Shown: positions 1-8,949, counted from the stretch's first letter. The stretch: DNA of 32,000 nt from an archaeon (GCA_024275415.1 JAJRZD010000025.1:30001-62000), one strand, 5' to 3'. Translations and numbers: made by a program. The notes: generated by a model from the letters alone, not told the origin.

Positions 1-2
1 TA

Positions 3-317
3 CGTGAGATTGCCAAGGCACTTCCCGAGCTTTTTGATGCCCTCAACGAATCAATCCCGAAGATGATAAGTGGGATAATCGGAAGTGTGTATAGTCCAGA
101 GGCCGCTGGTAATATGGGCTCGGCAGTCGGTGAGTTCTATTCGAAGCTGATCCAAGGGGGAATCCCGGAGGACGCAGCACTTGAGATGACAAAAAAATTC
201 GTTGGAGCCCTTGACTTTGACAAGATCATCAGAATGGTGACAAGCGAAGTCGAAACTAATACATCAAAGAAGAAACGAAATAGAGATGATGAGTTAGACG
301 ACAAGGATGATGATTAG
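3..317 (+). CDS. Small conserved archaeal hypothetical protein, 5'-truncated by the window edge
   Basis: The frame is open from base 3 (REIAKALPELFDALNESIPK) into the tracked ORF. The motif YSPEAAGNMGSAVGEFYSKLIQGGIPEDAALEMT resembles an uncharacterised archaeal small-protein family. Acidic tail. Confidence 0.75.
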   Translation, partial: REIAKALPELFDALNESIPKMISGIIGSVYSPEAAGNMGSAVGEFYSKLIQGGIPEDAALEMTKKFVGALDFDKIIRMVTSEVETNTSKKKRNRDDELDDKDDD

Positions 318-319
318 TC

Positions 320-580
320 ATGCGGGCTCGCGCAGTCGGGTCATTGATTTGGACGACTTTCACTGGCACAACAAAGCTTGTTACGCGATTATATCTCGCT
401 CTACGTCATTGTAGGAACATAGTAAAGAAGGGGAAAAAAGTATTCTACAATTCACTCATTGAATCAGGACTTCCTAGAAGCCTCGCAAATGATATCGCAC
501 GAACTTACGCGCAATCAGGACTTGAACTGCTCAAGGTCAGAAGGATCATAAGAATAGCAAGGGATGCAGCGGATTTCTAG
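320..580 (+). CDS. Small basic hypothetical protein, likely related to the upstream gene
   Basis: Starts 2 nt after the upstream stop. Shares the FYxxLIxxGxP...A motif (FYNSLIESGLPRSLA vs FYSKLIQGGIPEDAA). Confidence 0.7.
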   Translation: MRARAVGSLIWTTFTGTTKLVTRLYLALRHCRNIVKKGKKVFYNSLIESGLPRSLANDIARTYAQSGLELLKVRRIIRIARDAADF

Positions 581-606
581 CGCTGCACCTTACTCATCTT
601 TGACGG

Positions 607-1077
607 CTATATGATAATGATTGGGCATTCAGTCCCTTCGACCACTCGTTCGGTTGCACTTCCCATATCCAAACGCTTGCCAGACTTTGGACCCCGAGAA
701 CCCATCACCACAAGGTCGATATCCTTGTCATTCGTATGAAAGGCGATTCTTTCAGAAGGCCTACCTTCGTCAAGGATTATCTCCACATTCAGGTCGTACT
801 TCTCAGCCGCCTTCTTGTAGCCCTCTAGAAGCCGTTGCCCATTCGCGATGTATTTCCGCTTGATGTCCTCTACATCAGTGTCAGTCATGAGAGCTATATG
901 CTGAACTGATGGAAGCGGAACTACATGGATTATGTATAATGTCGAACCGGTCATCTCAGCCACCTCATATGCCACCGTAGCAGCTCTGCCAGCACGATCA
1001 CTCCCATCGACCGCAAGAAGGACTCGCTTTGACCTACAGAATATCCGCCCGGGTTCACAATAGAAAATGTTTTCCAT
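607..1077 (-). CDS. Universal stress protein (UspA family)
   Basis: VLLAVDGS at the N-terminus, DLVVMGSRG...MGSATERVV ATP-binding motif and CPIIII at the C-terminus. Confidence 0.93.
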   Translation of the reverse strand: MENIFYCEPGRIFCRSKRVLLAVDGSDRAGRAATVAYEVAEMTGSTLYIIHVVPLPSVQHIALMTDTDVEDIKRKYIANGQRLLEGYKKAAEKYDLNVEIILDEGRPSERIAFHTNDKDIDLVVMGSRGPKSGKRLDMGSATERVVEGTECPIIII

Positions 1078-1295
1078 GATTTACAATAGTGAATTGTGGC
1101 TAAAGAAGTTAATGCTATGCGAGCTAGGACACAAAGAGCACTTTCGGACTACTTGTCCAATGATGTAACTTCTATAGATAGGACTCTTGGCAAGGCATAC
1201 GTAGACATATGTGAACGATAATCTTGCCTCTGAAACAGAGGTTGGAACGGAAGTTTCTAAAACAGGTTCTTTAGACTCTGAGTCAGGTGAATATC

Positions 1296-2309
1296 ATGGA
1301 TCCAAAGGACGCTGCAGCAAATGCTCTGCAATATGTACTAGAAGCTCGTCAGGGAGAATCAATCCTCATAGTGACAGATGATATACGAGAAGATATAGGT
1401 TCAGTCTTTGCTGAAGGGGCTCTTAATCTAGGTCTCTGGACAAGGATGCTTGTGCTTGAAACTGGCGAGAACAAATTCAGAACTGACCCACCCCCAGAAC
1501 TTGTTGAGATGATCAATTCACCTCATCAACCGGACATATTCATCAACACTCTGAGAGGTCCGGCTCAAGAAACACCCTTCCGCATCAGCATCATCAAGCT
1601 TGAAACGAGAAAGGGACGCTCTCGACTGGGACACTGTCCGGGAATCACAATGGACATGCTAACTGAGGGTGCGCTTGCATTGACGAAAGAAGAGCATACG
1701 ACAATGCAGGAAATGGCACGGGGGCTTCTGAACATACTGCGCGATACTGAAACAATCCATGTCACCTCACCATCAGGTAGCGACTTCACATTCAGCGTCA
1801 ATGGACGTACATGGTTCTCTGACACATATCTCAATTGGAAAGACATGAAATGGATGAACCTTCCCACAGGCGAGGTCATCGTGGGCCCTGTCGAAACGTC
1901 GATGGAAGGGACATTAGTCTGCGACCTTGCGGTTGGTGGTATAGGGCCTCTGCAAAGCCCTGTGACCATCATCACTGAGAAAGGGAAAGTGACTTCAATT
2001 GAATGTGATGACCTTCAAGTGCTGAAAATCATCCAAGACACTCAGGACACCGATGAGATGGCAAAGCACATCGGCGAGTTTGCATTTGGGTTGAATCCCA
2101 AGGCTCGTATTGTGCAGGAGTTCTTGGAGAGCGAGAAGGTCGGGAATACGATACATGTCGCTTTTGGGAACAACATGGATTATCCAGGGACTGTAACGAA
2201 CAATTCAGCAAATCACCAAGACTTTCTTGTGAGCAAGCCCACAGTCACTGCGAGATACGGTGATGGTAGCGAGCAGGTCATCATGAAAAACGGCCATTTC
2301 ATCAAGTGA
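1296..2309 (+). CDS. M29-family (thermophilic metalloprotease/AmpS-like) aminopeptidase
   Basis: NLPTGEV, IGEFAFGLNP, ESEKVGNTIHVAFGNN and HQD motifs. ATG 1296 chosen because AGGTGA lies just upstream. Confidence 0.88.
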   Translation: MDPKDAAANALQYVLEARQGESILIVTDDIREDIGSVFAEGALNLGLWTRMLVLETGENKFRTDPPPELVEMINSPHQPDIFINTLRGPAQETPFRISIIKLETRKGRSRLGHCPGITMDMLTEGALALTKEEHTTMQEMARGLLNILRDTETIHVTSPSGSDFTFSVNGRTWFSDTYLNWKDMKWMNLPTGEVIVGPVETSMEGTLVCDLAVGGIGPLQSPVTIITEKGKVTSIECDDLQVLKIIQDTQDTDEMAKHIGEFAFGLNPKARIVQEFLESEKVGNTIHVAFGNNMDYPGTVTNNSANHQDFLVSKPTVTARYGDGSEQVIMKNGHFIK

Positions 2310-2421
2310 ATCATATAATGAGCAAGACTTAGGATATCATGATTCGCGAATGGATTCACCAGAACTATATTAAACTGGATCGGCTTGTTGTGGGATAAAT
2401 GTCAAAAAAGCGAATACTTTT

Positions 2422-2934
2422 TTGATAGGGATTCGAAACGATCAGACGGTGGTCAACTTGCATAGAATCACAAAATACATCCTGCTCGCATTCATCCTTG
2501 TGATGGTGGTGATATTCATCCCACCGCGAGCTGAAGCAGGTAACGATATTCAAGTGAATATGTGGGAAGCATATTATGCAGACGCAGACAACGATGGAGC
2601 CGCTGATGATATCGTGGTCAAGTACAACATCACTATTCCGTTCAACACAGGGGATAAATATACTATCGAGCTTTATTGCAAGCTCATCTTGCCGTCGGGC
2701 GCCGAGTATATTCACGAGGTGGCAATTGTAACCACGGCCGAAAGCACTGTCACACAATATTGGTTCAATGCTGCCTCCGAGTCTGGATGGTATACATATT
2801 CTGTATATGCATATACTATTGACTCGAGTCTTAATCCAGGATATAATGAAATCATATTTGATCCGCCGGGAGGAGATCCTGGAGACCCCCTTGTTGACAC
2901 AACTGTAATAGGTACAACTGAATCGCAGGGTTAA
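2422..2934 (+). CDS. Secreted or membrane-anchored beta-rich hypothetical protein
   Basis: Signal peptide (KYILLAFILVMVVIFIPPRAEA), a DADNDG Ca-binding-like loop and an IIFDPPGGDPGDP C-terminal motif. Exact start uncertain. Confidence 0.7.
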   Translation: MIGIRNDQTVVNLHRITKYILLAFILVMVVIFIPPRAEAGNDIQVNMWEAYYADADNDGAADDIVVKYNITIPFNTGDKYTIELYCKLILPSGAEYIHEVAIVTTAESTVTQYWFNAASESGWYTYSVYAYTIDSSLNPGYNEIIFDPPGGDPGDPLVDTTVIGTTESQG

Positions 2935-2977
2935 GGGGAGGATTACCTTCAGAACAATCTCAGAAGACTTCTTCACA

Positions 2978-4075
2978 TTGTTAGTGGCAATTCAGGAAGA
3001 GCCATTGGCAACGATAGACCAGCTTGCAGAAAAAACAGGGATATCAAAGCCAACCGTTGCAAAAAGATTGAAACTTCTAGAAGGTAATCTGCCAAAAGAA
3101 CGCGTTGGAAATCATCCTGAGGGGCGGTACTTCACGGTGACTCCAAAGATTAACAATAAGGCGATTGGCCTAGAGTACTTTGGGGTGATATGTGAGATTT
3201 CAAAGGCAGGTGATATTAAGAGGATCGAGAAGCTTGTCGATGTACATCCATACACACAGTATAGGGCACGGTGTTTCGGAAAACAGAATGGCTTGTTCCT
3301 GCAGTTCAGGATACCAGCTGGTACAAAACCTCTGCTCATTGAACTCTTGGACGAGCTTCAAAACATGAATTATCTGGGAGGATATACCCAGCTCCCTCCA
3401 GAGAAAGAACCACCTGTGTACACAACTCTTTCCATAAAGGGATGGAACCCAACGAAGATGAGTTGGGATTTCGACTGGGATAGATGGCTTGAATCAAAGA
3501 TACGAAAGCGAGATGTAATCATAGAGAAACAGAAAGGCAATGCATTAGAATGGATAATGAAAAAAGATGTGCATATCATCCATGAGGTCATGGGAGGTGC
3601 CCGGAGGAAGAACTTGGAAATTATCCAAGCACTCAACCGAAAAGGCGTTGATATCACCCCTCAGACCTTCAGTAGAAGATACAAGATGATACAACAAGAA
3701 TGCTTCAATGGATATCGTACAAATTTCGACCCTACTATCTTTGATGTCTACAATTCTGTGATAATCACTGGCAATGGTGACAGGAAATGCCTGAGAAACC
3801 TTCGGGACAGGTTGGTATCGAACCCTATCCCATTCGCGTCAACTCTGAGGGTTTCTGATGACCATTTGTTTTGGTATTTGAGGCTTCAATCGCTCCACCT
3901 TTCCAATGTCCTTGCTCGCCTTCATGGAGCATTGGACGATATGTCAGTGTATGTCCTCGATTACTCAAGCTCATTGGCATACTACGTCTGGCCAGAGGCT
4001 TTTGATGGAGAACAGCGTAGGTGGAAAACAGGACACGCCTTCATCGTAGACGAGCCGTTGAATGCTATCAAATGA
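2978..4075 (+). CDS. Winged-helix transcriptional regulator with Lrp/AsnC-like repeated architecture
   Basis: N-terminal HTH (PLATIDQLAEKTGISKPTVAKRLKLL) and a second HTH-like segment (ITPQTFSRRYKMI). The frame is open upstream to 2912, so the true start may be earlier. Confidence 0.75.
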   Translation: MLVAIQEEPLATIDQLAEKTGISKPTVAKRLKLLEGNLPKERVGNHPEGRYFTVTPKINNKAIGLEYFGVICEISKAGDIKRIEKLVDVHPYTQYRARCFGKQNGLFLQFRIPAGTKPLLIELLDELQNMNYLGGYTQLPPEKEPPVYTTLSIKGWNPTKMSWDFDWDRWLESKIRKRDVIIEKQKGNALEWIMKKDVHIIHEVMGGARRKNLEIIQALNRKGVDITPQTFSRRYKMIQQECFNGYRTNFDPTIFDVYNSVIITGNGDRKCLRNLRDRLVSNPIPFASTLRVSDDHLFWYLRLQSLHLSNVLARLHGALDDMSVYVLDYSSSLAYYVWPEAFDGEQRRWKTGHAFIVDEPLNAIK

Positions 4076-4124
4076 ACAGATTCCACCCACATGATATATC
4101 TTCAAGTCAACACATTGCAGACCC

Positions 4125-5258
4125 ATGGACGTTTCAGAGATAGACTCACCTGCATTATTGATTGATATGAAGAAGCTTGAGAGAAACATTGAAACCATGG
4201 CTTCAAAGGCAAGGACATTCAGTGTTTCCCTTAGGCCACATGTAAAGACTCACAAGTGCATTGAGATAGCAAGGATGCAAGAAGAGTATGGGTGTAGGGG
4301 AATCACTGTGTCGACTCTTGGTGAAGCAGAGGTGTTCGCAAGAGCTGGCTTTTCCGATATGACATATGCAGTTCCGCTTGAACCATCGAAGATTCCACGG
4401 CTTCTCAGTCTTCTTGACAAGGTTTCTGTAACGGCTATCGTTGATAATCCACAAATCGTCCCACAGCTAGATGTTGCTGTGAGAAAGACAGGTCTGGAGA
4501 TTGATGTCCTCATCAAGGTGGACATGGGATACCATCGGTGCGGGGTTGATCCTAGCAGTAACGGTGCTGTATCGCTGGTAGAAAAGGTGGTATTATCGCC
4601 AAGTCTTAACTTCAGAGGCATCCTTACACACGCCGGTAATTCCTATTCGTGTCAGACAAAAGAATGCATCCAGGACATCGCCAAGCAAGAACAGGAAAAA
4701 ATGGTGTCATTCGCAAGTTTGCTGTCTAGACAAAGTACTGAGTTGACACCTGAAATTGTTAGCATCGGATCTACGCCAACAATTACCTTATGTGAAGATA
4801 TCATCTCAGGAATAACAGAAGTCCGTCCAGGGAACTACGCGTACTTTGACTACACTCAAGTACTGCTGGGTTCCTGTCAGGTCGCGGACTGTGCGCTGAC
4901 GGTTCATTCTAGGATCACTGGCACATATCAGGGGAGAGCCATCATCGATGCGGGAGCAACATCCCTTTCCAGGGACAATGGTCCAATTCATATAGAACCT
5001 GACTGCGGATATGGGAAATTATTCAGCGACTATGAGGAATCACAACTGGACACACACTGCAAGTTAGAGTCGCTTTCACAGGAACATGGGAAGGTGACTT
5101 TCGAGTCCGGATCCCACCTATCCTCTTTGAGCGTGGGCGACCCGGTGCGGATTCTGCCGAACCACTCGTGCCTCACAAACAACCTCTTCAGAAAGGCATA
5201 CGTCGTCAGTGACGACAATGTCATTGGCATATGGGACATCCATTCTGGGCATACTTAG
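4125..5258 (+). CDS. DSD1/D-threonine aldolase-family fold-type III PLP enzyme (alanine racemase-like barrel)
   Basis: DSPALLID, RPHVKTHK (PLP lysine), DMGYHRCG, IGSTPT, EVRPGNY, DAG, SQEHG and PNHSC (metal His/Cys). Confidence 0.9.
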   Translation: MDVSEIDSPALLIDMKKLERNIETMASKARTFSVSLRPHVKTHKCIEIARMQEEYGCRGITVSTLGEAEVFARAGFSDMTYAVPLEPSKIPRLLSLLDKVSVTAIVDNPQIVPQLDVAVRKTGLEIDVLIKVDMGYHRCGVDPSSNGAVSLVEKVVLSPSLNFRGILTHAGNSYSCQTKECIQDIAKQEQEKMVSFASLLSRQSTELTPEIVSIGSTPTITLCEDIISGITEVRPGNYAYFDYTQVLLGSCQVADCALTVHSRITGTYQGRAIIDAGATSLSRDNGPIHIEPDCGYGKLFSDYEESQLDTHCKLESLSQEHGKVTFESGSHLSSLSVGDPVRILPNHSCLTNNLFRKAYVVSDDNVIGIWDIHSGHT

Positions 5259-5599
5259 CCCGTGCGTGATTGTCCGGGGACTCGAGGATAGTGCTCCACT
5301 ATCTCCCGTTCGTGATGGTGTTCGTCTTTAATGTGTGCAATAGGCATACTCTCTTCTAGGAGTGGCATCTCCGTAATCTCGTTCTCCTCATCGACAAGCG
5401 GTACGTCAGTCACAGTTCGAGTGATCAACCAGACAGCGGATGCGAGTTCCGGTAGAACCATAATGCCCCAGACAATGGCCGCAGCATAGATAGTCGCATC
5501 AGAAGACATCACGGCAGCGCGAAAGACAACAAAGGTCATCACACATGAGAATACGAACAGCAAGCCACTCGTAATCTTGGTGGAACGCGATATACCCAA
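5255..5599 (-). CDS. Small membrane protein with 2 TM helices
   Basis: Two hydrophobic segments followed by an acidic/His-rich tail. 4-nt overlap with the convergent gene. Confidence 0.6.
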   Translation of the reverse strand: MGISRSTKITSGLLFVFSCVMTFVVFRAAVMSSDATIYAAAIVWGIMVLPELASAVWLITRTVTDVPLVDEENEITEMPLLEESMPIAHIKDEHHHEREIVEHYPRVPGQSRTG

Positions 5600-5797
5600 T
5601 TCCTACACCTATGTCATATAGGGAATCATACCTAGAAATACCTTGTGCAAGACTTCTTAACGGATAATGTATATAACAAAGAACGCAGGATGTGTGTTTC
5701 GAAGCTGGTTTGCCACAGAATAACTTAATTAGTGAGAAACACACAATTCGAAAAGCAGACCTTATGGGCAAAATGGACTAAAAGGACGTAATAGGCG

Positions 5798-6214
5798 ATG
5801 GTTATAGATAGAGAGGGTGCAACCTCAGCAATAATCTTGCATTTCAGGCCTGGAGAGCCTGTCGAGTTCCCGGCGGAGTTTGTAGCCGACATCAAAGAGA
5901 AAGCAGCACTGACTGTCATGCATCACAAGGATCGCGTCATGAAGATATTCCCCGTAGCGTCAGATGACATCTACCTCTTGCGGATCGAAATCAGCGACTT
6001 GTCGCGCAATTTCCTCAAGAGCTTGAACTTCGCCTTCAATGACGCCAAGCTGAGTGATATCATCTTCACGACCGGCGTATGTTTACGTGGTGAGAAGTGC
6101 TTCTATGAATGCTACTTCGTTCCAGATCAGCTTGTAGTATCACTACAAGAACTGGAAGAAAGTCTTCAGAAAATCCCCGGCGTGTCAAGGGTTGTTCTGA
6201 GAAAGGTTTCCTAG
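5798..6214 (+). CDS. Putative AbrB-like plus ACT-domain regulator
   Basis: The C-terminal beta-alpha-beta-beta-alpha-beta pattern ending LQKIPGVSRVVLRKV is ACT-like. The short N-terminal hairpin-like domain resembles archaeal AbrB/ACT proteins (pattern inference). Confidence 0.5.
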   Translation: MVIDREGATSAIILHFRPGEPVEFPAEFVADIKEKAALTVMHHKDRVMKIFPVASDDIYLLRIEISDLSRNFLKSLNFAFNDAKLSDIIFTTGVCLRGEKCFYECYFVPDQLVVSLQELEESLQKIPGVSRVVLRKVS

Positions 6215-6268
6215 GCTATATTCACGAGGAGGAGTATCGCAAAGGACCTTTTAGCCAAGAGTGACCCA

Positions 6269-6305
6269 GATAGATGACTACTGGATTATCCAAATGTCAT
6301 CTATC
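6269..6305. repeat. Perfect 10-bp inverted repeat, 17-nt spacer
   Basis: GATAGATGAC (6269-6278) and GTCATCTATC (6296-6305), with an inner TGGA-TTA-TCCA. Confidence 0.85.
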
Positions 6306-6333
6306 CGACTTTTACTTTTTGGTGTCGAGGGCA

Positions 6334-6393
6334 ATTGTGGTAGAGGTTGATTAGCAGGACAATAGTTCAATGTGCAGACTGACCTACCACAAT
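6334..6393. repeat. Perfect 10-bp inverted repeat, 40-nt spacer
   Basis: ATTGTGGTAG (6334-6343) and CTACCACAAT (6384-6393). Confidence 0.85.
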
Positions 6394-6620
6394 ATTGGTG
6401 GGAGAATCAATCTCATCGTCATTACAGATAACCAATGGGATCTGGTACTACAATATACACAAACAACATAGGCGGGATCGAGGAAAGAGTCTATACTGAA
6501 CCTCATCCGAGTGATGTTTCGTGTGTTTCAATAATCTATAGGTTATGTAGTGTACATTCTCTGTGGATTCATTTTTAGTACTTGGAATTCTAACTGTGTC
6601 TATTGATAAATGGCCAAATG

Positions 6621-7556
6621 TTATGCAGGGCTAGCTATGTTCCATACTGCTCCAGGAGGTAGTTTTGTTTGTTGTATTTCGAAGATTCTATTTCTAACAT
6701 CTTTTGTGCCGTGGTAATAAGACTCGGTCTTTTCAATAACGTCATGGTCATACAATTTCCTTAGTGCATTAAACAATGCAGGAGCGGAGATTTCAGAACG
6801 GTATTCCAAACGGTATTCTTTGAGGAGTGTTCTTTTATCGCGTAACACAGAGTTTCTCATGTAAAGCTCGGGGTAATATACGATATTTCCTGTTCGAATC
6901 AGACGTTGCAAGGTTGTTGTTCCTATTACATCTCTAAGGAAATCATATCTTTTTGAAAGGACAACCCCGAAGACTTTTTTCATGAGATCTTTAGTTTTTA
7001 GGTATCCAAAGTTCTTCAGGAGTGAAATCAGAGTGTTTCCTGATGTATATTTTCCCCCATGTTTTCGGATGAGCCTTAGTTCATCTAGTAGAGTGAGGTA
7101 CAAGTCAGAGTGACTACTTCGGATATCACGAGGTCTGATATAGTCTTCTTCAATAAGGTATGTAATAATCTCAGAGATTGGGTTTAGCGAATATGCGACT
7201 TCTGGGAGTTCTGCTAATTTGTCGGCTGTGGCGGCAACCACTAATTCCTCAACGTGATTACGCCACATATCGAGAAAAGTTTCTAATTGTCGGGTAGCAT
7301 TATCGTCGGAGGTGGTCAATTCGGGAACCAGATGGAATCTGTTATCGAATACTACATAGCCAAGAACACTTACTTTCATAAAACGTATCAATTTTGATGA
7401 TTTTTTATCATCTCTGATGAAGACTGGATAATCGGATCTTAGACGCGAAACCCATAGTTTCTTTTCTTTGTTAAATTCTGGCGGATCGTGAAGGATAAGA
7501 TTACCGTAATTTCTAATGATGTAATGATCAATTATCTCTTTACTCAATAGTTTCAT
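6621..7556 (-). CDS. AT-rich hypothetical protein, possibly horizontally acquired
   Basis: Intact 311-aa ORF, K/R/Y/I-rich, with two wHTH-like segments. Visibly lower GC than the neighbouring genes. Confidence 0.75.
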   Translation of the reverse strand: MKLLSKEIIDHYIIRNYGNLILHDPPEFNKEKKLWVSRLRSDYPVFIRDDKKSSKLIRFMKVSVLGYVVFDNRFHLVPELTTSDDNATRQLETFLDMWRNHVEELVVAATADKLAELPEVAYSLNPISEIITYLIEEDYIRPRDIRSSHSDLYLTLLDELRLIRKHGGKYTSGNTLISLLKNFGYLKTKDLMKKVFGVVLSKRYDFLRDVIGTTTLQRLIRTGNIVYYPELYMRNSVLRDKRTLLKEYRLEYRSEISAPALFNALRKLYDHDVIEKTESYYHGTKDVRNRIFEIQQTKLPPGAVWNIASPA

Positions 7557-7637
7557 CCTCCGATATGTAAGGTCTTAAATCCGTTGCCATTTCTATTTTG
7601 AAGTGAACAAAGTAATTGTATATTGCCTTCCATTCAT

Positions 7638-7937
7638 CTAGGAAGATAGCCTGTTATGTCTGAGCATGAATCCCAGCTGAGAACCGATTTTGGAATCATC
7701 CCCATAGAGTGCCACTAGTCTGGACACAGTTTCGTAATCGGGAACGTAGAGAGGACGCCTCATGTCCTGCAAATTTGGGATCTTCTTACACAGGCGATCA
7801 TCGATAAGACGCTTTAATGCATGGCTTACAGTTCTGGGGGCCAGATTGGCGGTCTGACAGATATCTACTGGACACATGGGACCTTCCCTCACCAAGTGAT
7901 GCAGAACAACGACCGCACTCTGTGGCAGTCGCATCAT
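7638..7937 (-). CDS. Small MarR/ArsR-like winged-helix protein
   Basis: VLHHLVREGPMCPVDICQTANLAPRTVSHALKRLIDDRL is a classic wHTH. ATGA overlap with the RIO kinase stop. Confidence 0.8.
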   Translation of the reverse strand: MMRLPQSAVVVLHHLVREGPMCPVDICQTANLAPRTVSHALKRLIDDRLCKKIPNLQDMRRPLYVPDYETVSRLVALYGDDSKIGSQLGFMLRHNRLSS

Positions 7938-8734
7938 AGCAACTCACCCTCCACAGCCAACTCACGGTAGTTACGGAGGTTCCGTGGGATGTACTCGCTC
8001 AAGAAAACATTCACAATGTGTTCGATGTTTCTATTAATCCGGTATTGAGCAAAGTAACTCAACACGTTTCGAATATCCCTGCGGAGCAGTGCCTCAACTT
8101 TCATCATATCACAGTACACATCCACCTTGTATGCCTGTGGCACATCGATAATCCAAGGGCGGTCATCCCACCAAAGGATGTTGTATGCACTCAAGTCGCC
8201 ATGAGTATAATGGGCATCACGATACATTATCAGGTATTGATCTAAGATTGTGTCCAGTGCTGCTTCAGGGTCGTCAAGGTACACATTCCGTAGCTGTGGA
8301 GCAGGTTTCGTCCCATCACCTATCAATCGCATGGTGAGATAGTTCCCGACTCTGCCAATAGGCGTGGGGACATTCATCCCTTTCTTGAAGCAAAGTGAAA
8401 GGATGTCGAACTCCTTAGCAGCTAGTGCTTCCATCTTAGCTGGTGCATAGACGTTCTTTTTCTTGCTGGCCTGCGCGGTCTGCCAGAAGCGGTATGCCTT
8501 GAGGAGGATCGGATATCCTTTCCAATCGGCAAGGAATATGGAAGCCTCTTTTCCTGCCTTCAGCTGGAAGAGTACATCGGTCGCTAAGCCGAAACGGACT
8601 GCATCAGTCCTTACCTCCACTAGGTTGATTTCGCCAATGGCCACTTTCTTCCCCCATTTTCCAGCCTTCTGCCCATCACGTTTCCGCGAGAGGGCACTTC
8701 CTTTGAGGGGATTGAATTTCTCTATGACTCCCAC
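7934..8734 (-). CDS. rio1: RIO-family atypical Ser/Thr kinase (Rio1-like)
   Basis: KAGKEASIF P-loop, LLKAY, KEF..L, HGDLSAYNIL catalytic loop, IIDVPQA and RDIRNV. GGAGTGG upstream of the GTG start. Confidence 0.9.
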   Translation of the reverse strand: MGVIEKFNPLKGSALSRKRDGQKAGKWGKKVAIGEINLVEVRTDAVRFGLATDVLFQLKAGKEASIFLADWKGYPILLKAYRFWQTAQASKKKNVYAPAKMEALAAKEFDILSLCFKKGMNVPTPIGRVGNYLTMRLIGDGTKPAPQLRNVYLDDPEAALDTILDQYLIMYRDAHYTHGDLSAYNILWWDDRPWIIDVPQAYKVDVYCDMMKVEALLRRDIRNVLSYFAQYRINRNIEHIVNVFLSEYIPRNLRNYRELAVEGELL

Positions 8735-8949
8735 CCGTATCCACTCCGTTGCAGAAGGGCCGGGAGCCTTCCGTTCTTATCCATTTGCAATTTTAGGTTC
8801 ACGCTCTTTGGTTAAGATTAAACACGTCTCTATCCAATAGCACACAAGTCCAGACGAGAATCAGCAACTGCAAAACAAGACTGCCCTTTCTGACACAGTT
8901 AACTCACGACGTGTCAAATGAGGTATCGCACGCAGAAAGGAAAAGAAAC

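Noticed and set aside
2365-2976. 203-aa minus-strand ORF
   Set aside because: Antisense shadow of the signal-peptide-bearing plus-strand gene, with no recognisable motifs.
8754-8772. GAAGGGC-CGGGA-GCCTTC hairpin resembling SRP helix 8
   Set aside because: It lacks the GNAR tetraloop and the flanking SRP helices. At most a small 5'-UTR hairpin of rio1.
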